Source: Patescibacteria group bacterium
GTDB lineage: Bacteria; Patescibacteriota; Patescibacteriia; SG8-24
Direction: 5' to 3'
Assembly: GCA_041667185.1 (NCBI GenBank)
Contig: JBAYFM010000005.1
Location: forward strand, 9,285-73,284
DNA length: 64,000 nucleotides
The position numbers and the translations under genes were made by a program. Numbering within the stretch: the stretch's first letter is position 1; every line of letters begins with the position of its first letter. Below, in pieces: positions 10,050 to 21,040 of the stretch. Below the pieces are notes generated by a model that did no database searches, was not told the origin of the DNA, and was given only the letters and a program-made list of their open reading frames with translations.

Positions 10050-10670
10050 CTATTTTTGCGACAAGGCGACGATCTGCGCGAGGTCGTCGCGGAACGCGTC
10101 GCTCGTATAGGTCGCGCCAGAGACGCCGTCGATCTGGGCGCCCTGGGCCGCCAAGGCCTGCTGCACCAGATAGGTCACGGCGTAATACGACGGCGGCGAA
10201 TCCGGGATTGCGAGATTCTTGATGTCGGTCCACTTGCCGCCGGCGACCGTAACCTCGATGGTCATCAGCCCCCAGGGAGATCCGGAGCTGGCGGTATAAG
10301 CGCCGTCACGATAATTGCCGGAGGTCGCGGTCGGCGCTGTCGGCACGGGCGCCGCAGTATCCGCTGGTAACTGAGACTGAAAATCTTGAACTGGTCTCAA
10401 GGTCCGCGCTCGGTCATCATCGTCATCATTCCATTCATCCTCCCTTTCGCCATCATCGTCATCGAAATATCCGGCCGGCACGACAGGCCGCGCAACCTGA
10501 CCGGAAGCGGCAACCGTCTTGGCTGGCAGCGGCGCAGCGAATTGCGCCCTGGCCGCCTGATCCAGGTAAGCCCAAAAAGACAGCAGTGTGGAACCGCACA
10601 GCAAACTCACGAGCCACGGCCGGATCTTGCCCGGCACTGACCGCCAGATTCCAAGAAAAATATTTTTCAT
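10050..10670 (-). CDS. Membrane-anchored FMN-binding domain protein
   Basis: YRDGAYT...WG and IDGVSGATYTS (flavinylation [ST]GA[ST] motif); N-terminal TM and an acidic linker. Confidence 0.9.
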   Translation of the reverse strand: MKNIFLGIWRSVPGKIRPWLVSLLCGSTLLSFWAYLDQAARAQFAAPLPAKTVAASGQVARPVVPAGYFDDDDGEREDEWNDDDDDRARTLRPVQDFQSQLPADTAAPVPTAPTATSGNYRDGAYTASSGSPWGLMTIEVTVAGGKWTDIKNLAIPDSPPSYYAVTYLVQQALAAQGAQIDGVSGATYTSDAFRDDLAQIVALSQK

Positions 10671-10677
10671 ACATCGA

Positions 10678-10932
10678 TCATTTCGCAAAAATACGGATCA
10701 GCTCGATCTTCTCGCCGCGCGTCATCCTCTTGATCGCCGCTTCCCGGCGCAGCGCGGCCGATCGCGAAGCATACGCCTGGACGCAGACCAGCCGAGCCGG
10801 CCGGCGGGAGCGCACGTACTTCGAACCGCGTCCGGCATTATGCTCGGCCAGACGTTTCACCGGATCGCGAGCGATGCCGGTATACAAACTGCCGTCGGCG
10901 CAGCGCGCCAGATAAACCGACCAACCAGACAT
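10678..10932 (-). CDS. GIY-YIG nuclease (YhbQ-like)
   Basis: VYLARCADGSLYTGI, RLAEHNAG and ALRREAAIK. Confidence 0.9.
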   Translation of the reverse strand: MSGWSVYLARCADGSLYTGIARDPVKRLAEHNAGRGSKYVRSRRPARLVCVQAYASRSAALRREAAIKRMTRGEKIELIRIFAK

Positions 10933-11030
10933 AAAGGCTGGCTCATTATAGCGCATGCGGCGGTCAAACGCCCAGTCCCGCGAAGGATGGATTTTGCCGG
11001 CAGATGAGGTATCATGCCTCCAGCAAGCCT

Positions 11031-11864
11031 ATGAACCACTTCCGCAAGCCGCGAAAATTCAACCGCTTTGAGAACCGCCGAGATAAACCGGCCGGTCCGC
11101 GCCCGAATGACCAGCGCCAGGGCTGGCAAAATGTCGCCGGCTGGTATTCGAATTATCTCGAAGGCGCGGACACTTACCAGGAAACTGTCGTCTTCCCGGG
11201 CGTCCTCAAATTGCTCGGACTCAAACCGGGCGTGAGCTGTCTCGACATCGCCTGCGGCGAAGGCTCGTTCGCCGCCAAACTGGCGGCCAGCCGCGTCCGC
11301 GTCACCGGCTTCGACGCCGCGCCGGCGCTCGTCGAGCGGGCCAAGCGGCACGTGCCGCAGGGCGAGTTCCTGGTCGGCGACGCGCAGCACTTTCCGGCCG
11401 CTCTCCGCGGCCGTGATTTCGACGCCGCGACCTGCATCCTGGCCATCCAGAACATCCCCGACGCCGCCGCGGTCCTGAAGGAAGCCGCCGCGATCCTGAA
11501 ACCCGGCGCGCCGCTGGTGCTGGTCACCAACCATCCCTGCTTCCGCATCCCCCGCCAGAGCTCCTGGGGTTTCGATGACGCCAACAAGACGCAATTCCGC
11601 CGCGTCGACCGTTATCTCACGCCGCTCGACGTGCCGATCATCATGAACCCGGGCCGCGGCCAGGGCCGTCCGGTCACGACCACGACTTACCACCGGCCGA
11701 TCTCGGCCTACATCGCCACGCTCGCCGCCGCCGGTTTCGTTGTCGACGCGCTCGAAGAATGGATCTCGAATCGCGTCAGCGACTCCGGGCCGCGCGCCAA
11801 GGCCGAGAACCGCGCCCGCGAAGAATTCCCGCTGTTCCTGGCGATCCGGGCGCGCCACAGATAG
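11031..11864 (+). CDS. Class I SAM-dependent methyltransferase
   Basis: LDIACGEG motif I and LKPGA. Confidence 0.9.
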   Translation: MNHFRKPRKFNRFENRRDKPAGPRPNDQRQGWQNVAGWYSNYLEGADTYQETVVFPGVLKLLGLKPGVSCLDIACGEGSFAAKLAASRVRVTGFDAAPALVERAKRHVPQGEFLVGDAQHFPAALRGRDFDAATCILAIQNIPDAAAVLKEAAAILKPGAPLVLVTNHPCFRIPRQSSWGFDDANKTQFRRVDRYLTPLDVPIIMNPGRGQGRPVTTTTYHRPISAYIATLAAAGFVVDALEEWISNRVSDSGPRAKAENRAREEFPLFLAIRARHR

Positions 11865-11889
11865 CCGGAACGCGCCGCCGGCCAAAAGT

Positions 11890-13647
<1,758 letters not shown>

Positions 13648-13781
13648 ACCCCGATTTTCAAACCCGCCAGCCGCTTTCCGGCAGGCGATTTTTAGCGTAA
13701 AATTAAAGCCTGAATAAATATTCGACTCAATCGAGGCGGCGCTTAAAACACGCGCCGCGATTCCTCTTAAACTAAAACCTC

Positions 13782-16466
13782 ATGACGACACTGAACCCGC
13801 TCACCGCGGCCAAACCCTGGCACGCTCTGACCGCCGAAGAAGCCGTTGCGGCCCTGGGAACCGACGCTCGCACCGGCCTCACCGAAACTGAAACGCGGGC
13901 TCGGCTCAGCCAATACGGTTACAACCAGCTTACCAGCGCCGCGCCGCTGTCAATCATCGGCGTCCTGGCCAACCAATTCAAAAATCATCTCATCGCCATC
14001 CTGCTCGTCGCTACCGCACTCTCGATAATTCTCGGCCAAACTGTTGAAGCCACCGCGATCGGAGCGATCATCCTGTTCGCCGTGCTCCTTGGTTTCTACC
14101 AGGAATACCGCGCTGAGCGGGCCATCGAGGCCCTGCAAGAACTGGCCGCGCCGCTGGCCCTGACGCTGCGCGGCGGCGACGAGCGCAAAATTCCAGCCCA
14201 GGAACTCGTTCCTGGCGATATCATCCTCCTCAACGCTGGCGACCGCATTCCAGCCGACGCCAGATTGCTCGAAGAGATAACCCTTAAGATCGACGAAGCG
14301 GTTCTCACTGGCGAATCCGTCCCTGCTGAAAAAGACAGTCGCATAGTCATCGCTGACGACGCCGTCGTGGGCGACCGACGAAATATGGTTTTCGCCGGCA
14401 CCAGCGCGGTCTACGGCCGCGGCCGCGCCGTCGTCGTCGCGACCGGCATGCAGACCGAATTCGGACTCATCGCCGGACTGCTGCGCTCAGTCGAACGGAC
14501 GTCAACTCCGCTCCAGAAAAACCTCGCTCACATCGGACAGATCCTGACCAAAGCCGCTCTGGCGCTCGTCATCGGTATCGTCCTCCTGGGCGCCCTCCAG
14601 TCTCAACCCGTTCTCGAAATGATCATCTTTGGCATCGCGCTCGCGGTGGCGGTAGTTCCGGAAGCTCTGCCGGCCGTGGTCACGATTTCGCTCGCCATCG
14701 GCGTCCAACACATGGCCCGACGACACGCCCTGGTGCGGCATCTGCCAGCCGCCGAAACGCTCGGCAGCACCAGCATCATCTGCTCGGACAAGACCGGTAC
14801 GCTGACCAAGGACGAGATGACGGTACGAAAGATCCTGATCGATAGTGAAACCGTGATCGATGTCACCGGCAGCGGCTATCAACCGGTCGGCGAATTCCTA
14901 TCCAAAGGCGAACCTTATCCCGTGACTGCCAGCCTGCGGCTCCTGCTCCAGGCATCCGCGCTCTGTTCAGATGCCCATCTCGAGGAAACCGACGGAGTCT
15001 GGGACGTCAAAGGCGACTCGACCGAAGGCGCTCTTGTCGTAGCCGCCGAGAAAGCCGGACTCAAAAAAGTTTTTCTCGACGAGCGGCACCGGCGCGTAGC
15101 CGAGATCCCCTTCAACTCCGACAGCAAACGAATGACCACGCTTCATGAGACCGCGGCCGGAACCATGGCTTATGGCAAAGGCGCCGCCGAAGTGATCCTG
15201 GCGTCCTCGAACCGCTATCAGGTCGGCGACGAAGTGCGGCCGCTCACGGACGAAACGCGCGCCGCCATTCTTGAGACGGCCGAGATATTCGCGGCCCAAG
15301 CCCTGCGCGTGGTCGGAGTCGCCTACGCCGCGACGCCAGACATTGCGCTCGCAGAAACGGACATGGTGTTTCTGGGACTACTTGGGATGATGGATCCGCC
15401 GCGGCCAGAGGCCGGACCAGCGATCGCCCGCTGCCATGAAGCCGGCATCCGCGTAATGATGATCACTGGCGATCACCCAACGACAGCCAAAGCTGTGGCG
15501 CAGGAACTCGGACTTCTGCCGCCAGGCGCGAAGACGCTGACCGGCAAAGAGATCGCCGCGCTGAGCGAAACCGAACTCGAGGAACGCCTCCAGGATACGG
15601 CTGTCTGCGCCCGCGTCTCGCCCGCACACAAGCTGCGGATCGTCGCGGCATTGCAGCGTCTCGGTCACGTCGTGGCCATGACCGGCGACGGCGTGAATGA
15701 CGCGCCAGCGCTCAAAAAAGCCGACATCGGCATCGCCATGGGCATCACGGGCACCGATGTCTCTCGGGAAGCCGCCGACATGACGCTCACCGACGATAAT
15801 TTTGCTTCCATCGTCGCCGCCGTTGAGGAAGGCCGGATCATCTACGACAACATCAAAAAATATCTAAGTTATCTGCTCTCGTCGAACATCGGCGAAATCG
15901 GACTCGTGACTGGCGCCTCGCTCCTGGGTTTACCGCTGCCGCTCGCCGCCACCCAGATCCTCTACGTGAATCTCGCGACCGACGGACTCCCCGCTCTCGC
16001 CCTAGCATTCGATCCGTCGGAAAATGACACCATGCGCCGGCCGCCGCGCCGGCCGAACGATAACATCTTCAGCCGTCGGCTGATCGTGCTCATGACGACC
16101 GGCGGCCTCTGGTCCACACTCGTAAACCTGGGCCTGTTCGTTTGGTATCGCGACTCCGGCCACAGCACCGCCGAAACCATGACCATGGTATTCGTCTCGC
16201 TCGTCCTGATCCAATTCTTCAAAGCTTACAGTTTCCGTTCAATCCGCCATTCACTCTGGTCGCGGCCGTTCGCTAATCACGCTCTGAACTGGTCGATCGC
16301 CGCCGGCCTGCTCCTGCTGGGGCTCGTCATCTACCTGCCTTTCTTACATGCGCCGCTCAATACCATCGCTTTGGCTGGTGGCGACTGGCTAGTCGCTATC
16401 GTCGGTGCTGCCACGGTCCTACCGGTCCTGGAGCTCGCCAAAAAACTCCTGCGGCGCGCGCCATAG
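13782..16466 (+). CDS. Cation-transporting P-type ATPase (P2A, Ca2+-type)
   Basis: TGES, PEAL, DKTGTLT, MITGD, TGDGVNDAPALK and NLATDGLPA. Confidence 0.95.
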   Translation: MTTLNPLTAAKPWHALTAEEAVAALGTDARTGLTETETRARLSQYGYNQLTSAAPLSIIGVLANQFKNHLIAILLVATALSIILGQTVEATAIGAIILFAVLLGFYQEYRAERAIEALQELAAPLALTLRGGDERKIPAQELVPGDIILLNAGDRIPADARLLEEITLKIDEAVLTGESVPAEKDSRIVIADDAVVGDRRNMVFAGTSAVYGRGRAVVVATGMQTEFGLIAGLLRSVERTSTPLQKNLAHIGQILTKAALALVIGIVLLGALQSQPVLEMIIFGIALAVAVVPEALPAVVTISLAIGVQHMARRHALVRHLPAAETLGSTSIICSDKTGTLTKDEMTVRKILIDSETVIDVTGSGYQPVGEFLSKGEPYPVTASLRLLLQASALCSDAHLEETDGVWDVKGDSTEGALVVAAEKAGLKKVFLDERHRRVAEIPFNSDSKRMTTLHETAAGTMAYGKGAAEVILASSNRYQVGDEVRPLTDETRAAILETAEIFAAQALRVVGVAYAATPDIALAETDMVFLGLLGMMDPPRPEAGPAIARCHEAGIRVMMITGDHPTTAKAVAQELGLLPPGAKTLTGKEIAALSETELEERLQDTAVCARVSPAHKLRIVAALQRLGHVVAMTGDGVNDAPALKKADIGIAMGITGTDVSREAADMTLTDDNFASIVAAVEEGRIIYDNIKKYLSYLLSSNIGEIGLVTGASLLGLPLPLAATQILYVNLATDGLPALALAFDPSENDTMRRPPRRPNDNIFSRRLIVLMTTGGLWSTLVNLGLFVWYRDSGHSTAETMTMVFVSLVLIQFFKAYSFRSIRHSLWSRPFANHALNWSIAAGLLLLGLVIYLPFLHAPLNTIALAGGDWLVAIVGAATVLPVLELAKKLLRRAP

Positions 16467-16495
16467 GCGTTCGGGTAATTTTAAAACGGCCGCGA

Positions 16496-16870
16496 TCATG
16501 ATTGCGGCCGTTTTTTCGAACTCGCCGCCAGTCGGCTAAAACCACGCGCGACCAGAAAACCGACTGCCAGGGCCAGAGCCAAATCAGCAGCCAAGTTCAT
16601 GGCCGGCCCGCCGACGAGTCCCGGAGCTTCAATATCAAAACCGAAATCGAACTGCCAGCCGCGGCGCAATAATTCCGGCACCGACAGAGTCCGGACCAAA
16701 TCAGCCTCGGTATAAGTTTCGACCTCTTTGTGCAAATTCAAATACGGGAACGGCCAGCCGAAATAACGATTCGATCCGAACATGCAGCAGAGGCGTGGAT
16801 ACGAATACAGCGAAGATAGCGCGAACAAGACCAAACCGATCGCCGTACCGATGACCCGAATCCTGGGCAT
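16496..16870 (-). CDS. Small membrane hypothetical protein
   Basis: Two TM segments with a GWPFPY motif; probable start MPRIRV. Confidence 0.6.
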   Translation of the reverse strand: MPRIRVIGTAIGLVLFALSSLYSYPRLCCMFGSNRYFGWPFPYLNLHKEVETYTEADLVRTLSVPELLRRGWQFDFGFDIEAPGLVGGPAMNLAADLALALAVGFLVARGFSRLAASSKKRPQS

Positions 16871-16882
16871 ATTCCTATTATT

Positions 16883-16909
16883 GTCATTCCCGCGAAGGCG
16901 GGAATCCAG
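16883..16909. repeat. CGTC/dRS3-like REP palindrome
   Basis: GTCATTCCCGCGAAGGCGGGAATCCAG (ATTCCC-N8-GGGAAT). Confidence 0.75.
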
Positions 16910-17098
16910 CGCTTCCTCTGAACCGGATAATTCTACCCGATAAAAAATCGCTCGCAAATCCGGTGCCTGACACCTTTGTAAAAATTGAGCTTAAATTGAC
17001 CGCGGGTACCTGTCCCCAAAGCGACGCTCCTTGGATACTAGCCGATCAAAAAACCACCCCGCAGGACGGCACGCCAGCCAACGGCCAACGGCCAATGG

Positions 17099-17578
17099 CT
17101 AATAGCCGCCGCGCGGCGGACGGCGCTGCTGCTTGCGCTCGCTGTGGAGGCGCTTCTCATCAAGCCGCTGCCGCTTCTGGCCTCGGCTGACCCGAGTTTC
17201 GATGCGCTCTTTCTTCGGAGCGAGCGCCTCGGCCACGAGTTCCCGCAGCCGCCGCACGGCCTCGTCGCGATTCTGGGATTGCGAGCGTTCGTTCTGCGCG
17301 GCCAGGACGATCTCATCCTCGCTATTCAGACGATGGCCCGCCGCCGCGCGGATCAGCGCTTTCTGCTCCTCGCTGAAAACAGCCGACGCGCCGACGTTCC
17401 ATCGCAGCTGCGCCTTGGTCGAGGTCTTGTTCACGTTCTGGCCGCCCGGACCGGAAGACCGCACGAAATCAATGTTGATCTCGCGCTCCGGCACGTCCGG
17501 CGTCCCCTGCTCCTGATTTTCCCGGCCGACCGCCTGCTCCTCGAACACCGGCGGCCAACCCTCGCCTCGGAATGGCAT
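17099..17578 (-). CDS. arfB: Alternative ribosome-rescue peptidyl-tRNA hydrolase ArfB
   Basis: RSSGPGGQNVNK, RSQSQNR and a basic C-terminal tail. Confidence 0.93.
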   Translation of the reverse strand: MPFRGEGWPPVFEEQAVGRENQEQGTPDVPEREINIDFVRSSGPGGQNVNKTSTKAQLRWNVGASAVFSEEQKALIRAAAGHRLNSEDEIVLAAQNERSQSQNRDEAVRRLRELVAEALAPKKERIETRVSRGQKRQRLDEKRLHSERKQQRRPPRGGY

Positions 17579-17773
17579 ATATTTTAATTATACCACTCTT
17601 AGCCACCACATCGACTGCGACCTGATAATGATCCGGACGGCAAAAAATACCGCCACCATGACAAGACGCCAACCTCTCCCGCTGAGCAAATTTTTTTGCT
17701 ATAATATAAGCTACGATCAATTGCGTTCCAGAAAATAGCGCACCGGAATCAGCACGACCAAAACACTGACCTT

Positions 17774-19441
17774 ATGGCGCAAAAAAGCATCTATTTCGAA
17801 GGGATCACTGCCGAAACGGACGAATTCAAGCGTCAGAGCCGCATGCTGACGATCTATTCGGCGGTTCTGATGACCCTGATCTTAACGTATGGCGTGTTCA
17901 GACTATTGAACGGCCTCTGGGCATCCGGATCAGCCGAAATCGTATTAGGCACGGGACTCGCGGTGAACTACCTTCTCTTCCTGAAGCATCGCAACCTGAC
18001 CTACGCGAAACCGGCAATTTCCCTTGTCACCCTGATCGTGAGCATCGTGATCCTGGTGAGCGGCGGCACCAATGGCACCGCCATCTATTGGGCGAATACT
18101 TTTCCATCCCTGATCTTCCTGCTTCAGGGCATCCGCGTGGGCCTGATCCACAACATCATCTTCTTCGCCTCGCATATCGCTTTCGCGTTAGCCGTGCAAG
18201 CCGGCATGGTGGAGTCATACTACACTTTCAATCAGCTGCAGCAATCCTGGGTGACCATGCTCATGTTGAATATTCTCGGTTACATCGCGGAAAGCGGCTG
18301 GGAAAAATCGCGCCGCACCATCGAAGCGCAGCGCGAACGTCTGCGCACGCTCCTCGCCGATCTGCCGGTCGGCGTCATCATGGTTGCCGCAGACGGCACG
18401 CCCTTAGCCGCCAACGACAGCGTTAAGATAATTTTCGGCCGGCCGATCCTCCCGACCATCAAAGCCAAAGATTTCGCGGAAGCCTACCACATAAGCAAAG
18501 AGAACGGCCAACCGCTCACCACGGATGAAATGCCGACGCTCGCGGCGCTTACGACCGGCAAACCGGTCATTCGCACAGGACTGTTCGTCACCCGCCCCGA
18601 CGGCTCAGTGACGGTCATTCGCGTATCTGCCGCCCCGATCATCGACGCTAAGGGCAAAGTGACGGCGGTCGTGGCTGTATACGAGGACATGACCAAGGAA
18701 CACGAGATCGATCAAATAAAATCCGAATTCGTCTCGCTCGCCAGCCACCAGCTCAAGACGCCGCTTACGGCGATCAAATGGACCGTCGAGTCGCTCCTGG
18801 ACGGAGCCGACACTATGACCGCGAACCAAAAGCAGATGCTCGCGGACATGGACACTACCGCCGAACGCCTGAACCGCCTCGTTTCCGACCTTCTGAATGT
18901 CTCGCGCATCGAGACGGGCCGAAAATTCAACATCGTCAAAAAACCGACGGATATCGCGGCCGTGATCAGAAAAGCCGCCGCCGAAGCCTCTGTTGTGGCA
19001 GCCAAACGACAGGTGGTCATCGACGCGTCGAAACTGCCCGACGACCTGATCTGCGATGTAGACGAGGCCAAGATCCATGAGGTCTTCGCGAACATCATCG
19101 GCAACGCGGTGAAATATTCGTCCGAAGCTGGGCGCGTGGAGATCGGGGTCAGCGCGACGGACCAGCGCGGCCCGACCATCTACGTGAAAGATGGCGGCAT
19201 CGGCATTCCGAAAACGCAGCAAGCCAAGGTCTTCCAGCGGTTTTTCCGCGCCTCAAACGTGGAGGCAGACATCGAGGGCACCGGACTAGGCCTCTACATC
19301 GTGAGAGCGATCGTCGAAAAACACGGCGGCCGAGTCTGGTTCGAATCCGAGGAAGGATTCGACACGACGTTCTTCGTCGCCCTGCCGGCCGTCGCGCCGA
19401 CACCGGCCGCCGATGATCCGGCCGTCGCGCCCAAAACCTGA
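17774..19441 (+). CDS. Membrane PAS-domain sensor histidine kinase
   Basis: 5-6 TM segments, PAS/PAC domain, ASHQLKTPLT H-box, NAVKY, DGGIG and GTGLGL. Confidence 0.92.
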   Translation: MAQKSIYFEGITAETDEFKRQSRMLTIYSAVLMTLILTYGVFRLLNGLWASGSAEIVLGTGLAVNYLLFLKHRNLTYAKPAISLVTLIVSIVILVSGGTNGTAIYWANTFPSLIFLLQGIRVGLIHNIIFFASHIAFALAVQAGMVESYYTFNQLQQSWVTMLMLNILGYIAESGWEKSRRTIEAQRERLRTLLADLPVGVIMVAADGTPLAANDSVKIIFGRPILPTIKAKDFAEAYHISKENGQPLTTDEMPTLAALTTGKPVIRTGLFVTRPDGSVTVIRVSAAPIIDAKGKVTAVVAVYEDMTKEHEIDQIKSEFVSLASHQLKTPLTAIKWTVESLLDGADTMTANQKQMLADMDTTAERLNRLVSDLLNVSRIETGRKFNIVKKPTDIAAVIRKAAAEASVVAAKRQVVIDASKLPDDLICDVDEAKIHEVFANIIGNAVKYSSEAGRVEIGVSATDQRGPTIYVKDGGIGIPKTQQAKVFQRFFRASNVEADIEGTGLGLYIVRAIVEKHGGRVWFESEEGFDTTFFVALPAVAPTPAADDPAVAPKT

Positions 19442-19594
19442 CCAGCTCCCGCCGCCGACCAAAAACTACGCTAAAAATCGGCCTCGCACAGGCCGGTTTT
19501 GTTCATCGTGTCCGAAACCTGGCACTATTGACTTTTCACGCAATTCAAGCTAATTTTCAGCCGCGCTCTTTCCCAAACAGCCAAGGAGTACCGA

Positions 19595-20536
19595 ATGATC
19601 ACCGCGAAACGCGCGTTCTACGCCATCTTGGTCGTCCTGTCGTTCAGCGCCTGCAACAAGCGTCCCACCGAGAACGTCCCGGCCGAAAAACCCCGAGCTT
19701 CCTGGATCGGAGTCCAACTCGGCACAGTGACCGCCCAGGAACTGGCGGAAGCAGGGATCACGATCGCGGCAAATACGACCGCCGTCATGATCGTGGATGT
19801 CGTCCCGACAACCCCGGCCGACGGTGTCCTGAAGCAAAACGACATCTTGCTGAAAGTCGGCGCCGAACCGGCAACCGACTCTGATCGGGTCACCGAGACT
19901 ATCCAGAAATCGCCAGCCGGCCAAGCGATCGAAATAACCGTGCTACGCGATAACCGGGAAATGACCGTCGTGCTGGCCCCGGAAACTAAACCGCTGCCCA
20001 CGGCGCTGCTCGATCGCATCTACGTCGGCCGGCCTCTGGCTCCGTTGCCATCAGACGATGTCGAGGTCTTCGTACTGGACGGACAAGGCGGCATCGTGCC
20101 AGCCTCGAAGTGCGTCCCGCGAGACGGACAGACCTGCCCAAAATTGGACCATCAGAGCAAGCAGTTCGCTCTGGCCGCGGGCAAGGCCACGATCCTGCTG
20201 TCCTGGGCGCCGTGCGACCAATCCACCGAGAACACCGAGTTCCTCGCCGCTCTCAAGAGCTGGCATGACCGCTACGGCGCACAGGGTCTTGAGATCGTCT
20301 CCCTCATCCAGAATTCACCGTGTCGGTTGGCAGAATGCCAAAAATATATCCCGCTGCATCCGCACATGACGCTGGTGTACAATTACGGCCCCAGGCTGTT
20401 CCACGAGCTCACGGCTCCCAATGTCCTGGTGCTGGACAAGCAGGGCGTGGTCCGCGCCACGGCCGGCACGATCGCCTACCTGAGCGCGATCGCCAACGAC
20501 GTGCTTCCGAAACTCCTTGGCGAGCCTCAGCAATGA
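19595..20536 (+). CDS. PDZ plus thioredoxin-like (TlpA-type) lipoprotein
   Basis: Lipobox FSAC; WIGV...PADGVLKQNDILLKV PDZ domain; C-terminal redoxin-like fold (LHDRYG-like, VLVLDKQGVVR). Confidence 0.7.
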   Translation: MITAKRAFYAILVVLSFSACNKRPTENVPAEKPRASWIGVQLGTVTAQELAEAGITIAANTTAVMIVDVVPTTPADGVLKQNDILLKVGAEPATDSDRVTETIQKSPAGQAIEITVLRDNREMTVVLAPETKPLPTALLDRIYVGRPLAPLPSDDVEVFVLDGQGGIVPASKCVPRDGQTCPKLDHQSKQFALAAGKATILLSWAPCDQSTENTEFLAALKSWHDRYGAQGLEIVSLIQNSPCRLAECQKYIPLHPHMTLVYNYGPRLFHELTAPNVLVLDKQGVVRATAGTIAYLSAIANDVLPKLLGEPQQ

Positions 20537-20597
20537 TCCAAAAACGGGCAGCCTCTCTGGCCGCCCCTTTTTTATTGCCTGATCCGCTGCGCCGGGA

Positions 20598-20993
20598 CTA
20601 CTTATTGAGCCACGTCACGGTCAGCTGCAGCACCGTCGCAAAAGAAACCCAAAGCAGATACGGGATCTGGGCGTAAGCGATCCAGCGCGCCTGCGGAAAG
20701 ATCGCGACCATCGCCCAGACGAGCGTGCCCAGGACCAGCAGGATATCAGCGGCCGCCAGAAAATTATTCTTGAGTCCGAACTGGATGGGCGTGAACGCGA
20801 AATTAAAGATCAGGTTGAGGATGAACGGCAAAACGACGATGAAAGCGATCTTTTTCTGCGCGGCCAGCAGGAAAACGCGGCCGAACGAGACGGCGATCGC
20901 GATATACAAGACCGTCCAGACCGGCCCGAAGAGGTAAGCCGGCGGCGCCCAGGAGGGTTTCAGGAGTTGTTGATACCAGTCGTAAGTAGTCAT
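20598..20993 (-). CDS. tspO: TspO/MBR family protein
   Basis: WYQQLLKPSWAPPAYLFGPVWTVLY and PYLLWVSFAT. Confidence 0.92.
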   Translation of the reverse strand: MTTYDWYQQLLKPSWAPPAYLFGPVWTVLYIAIAVSFGRVFLLAAQKKIAFIVVLPFILNLIFNFAFTPIQFGLKNNFLAAADILLVLGTLVWAMVAIFPQARWIAYAQIPYLLWVSFATVLQLTVTWLNK

Positions 20994-21040
20994 AGGTGAA
21001 GTCCTTATTTTATAACCGACGCGCTCATGATGCCGCGGCG

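Noticed and set aside
10678-10932. GIY-YIG gene as a homing endonuclease or the mobiliser of the repeats
   Set aside because: It is a short stand-alone YhbQ-type protein with no intron context or flanking repeats here.
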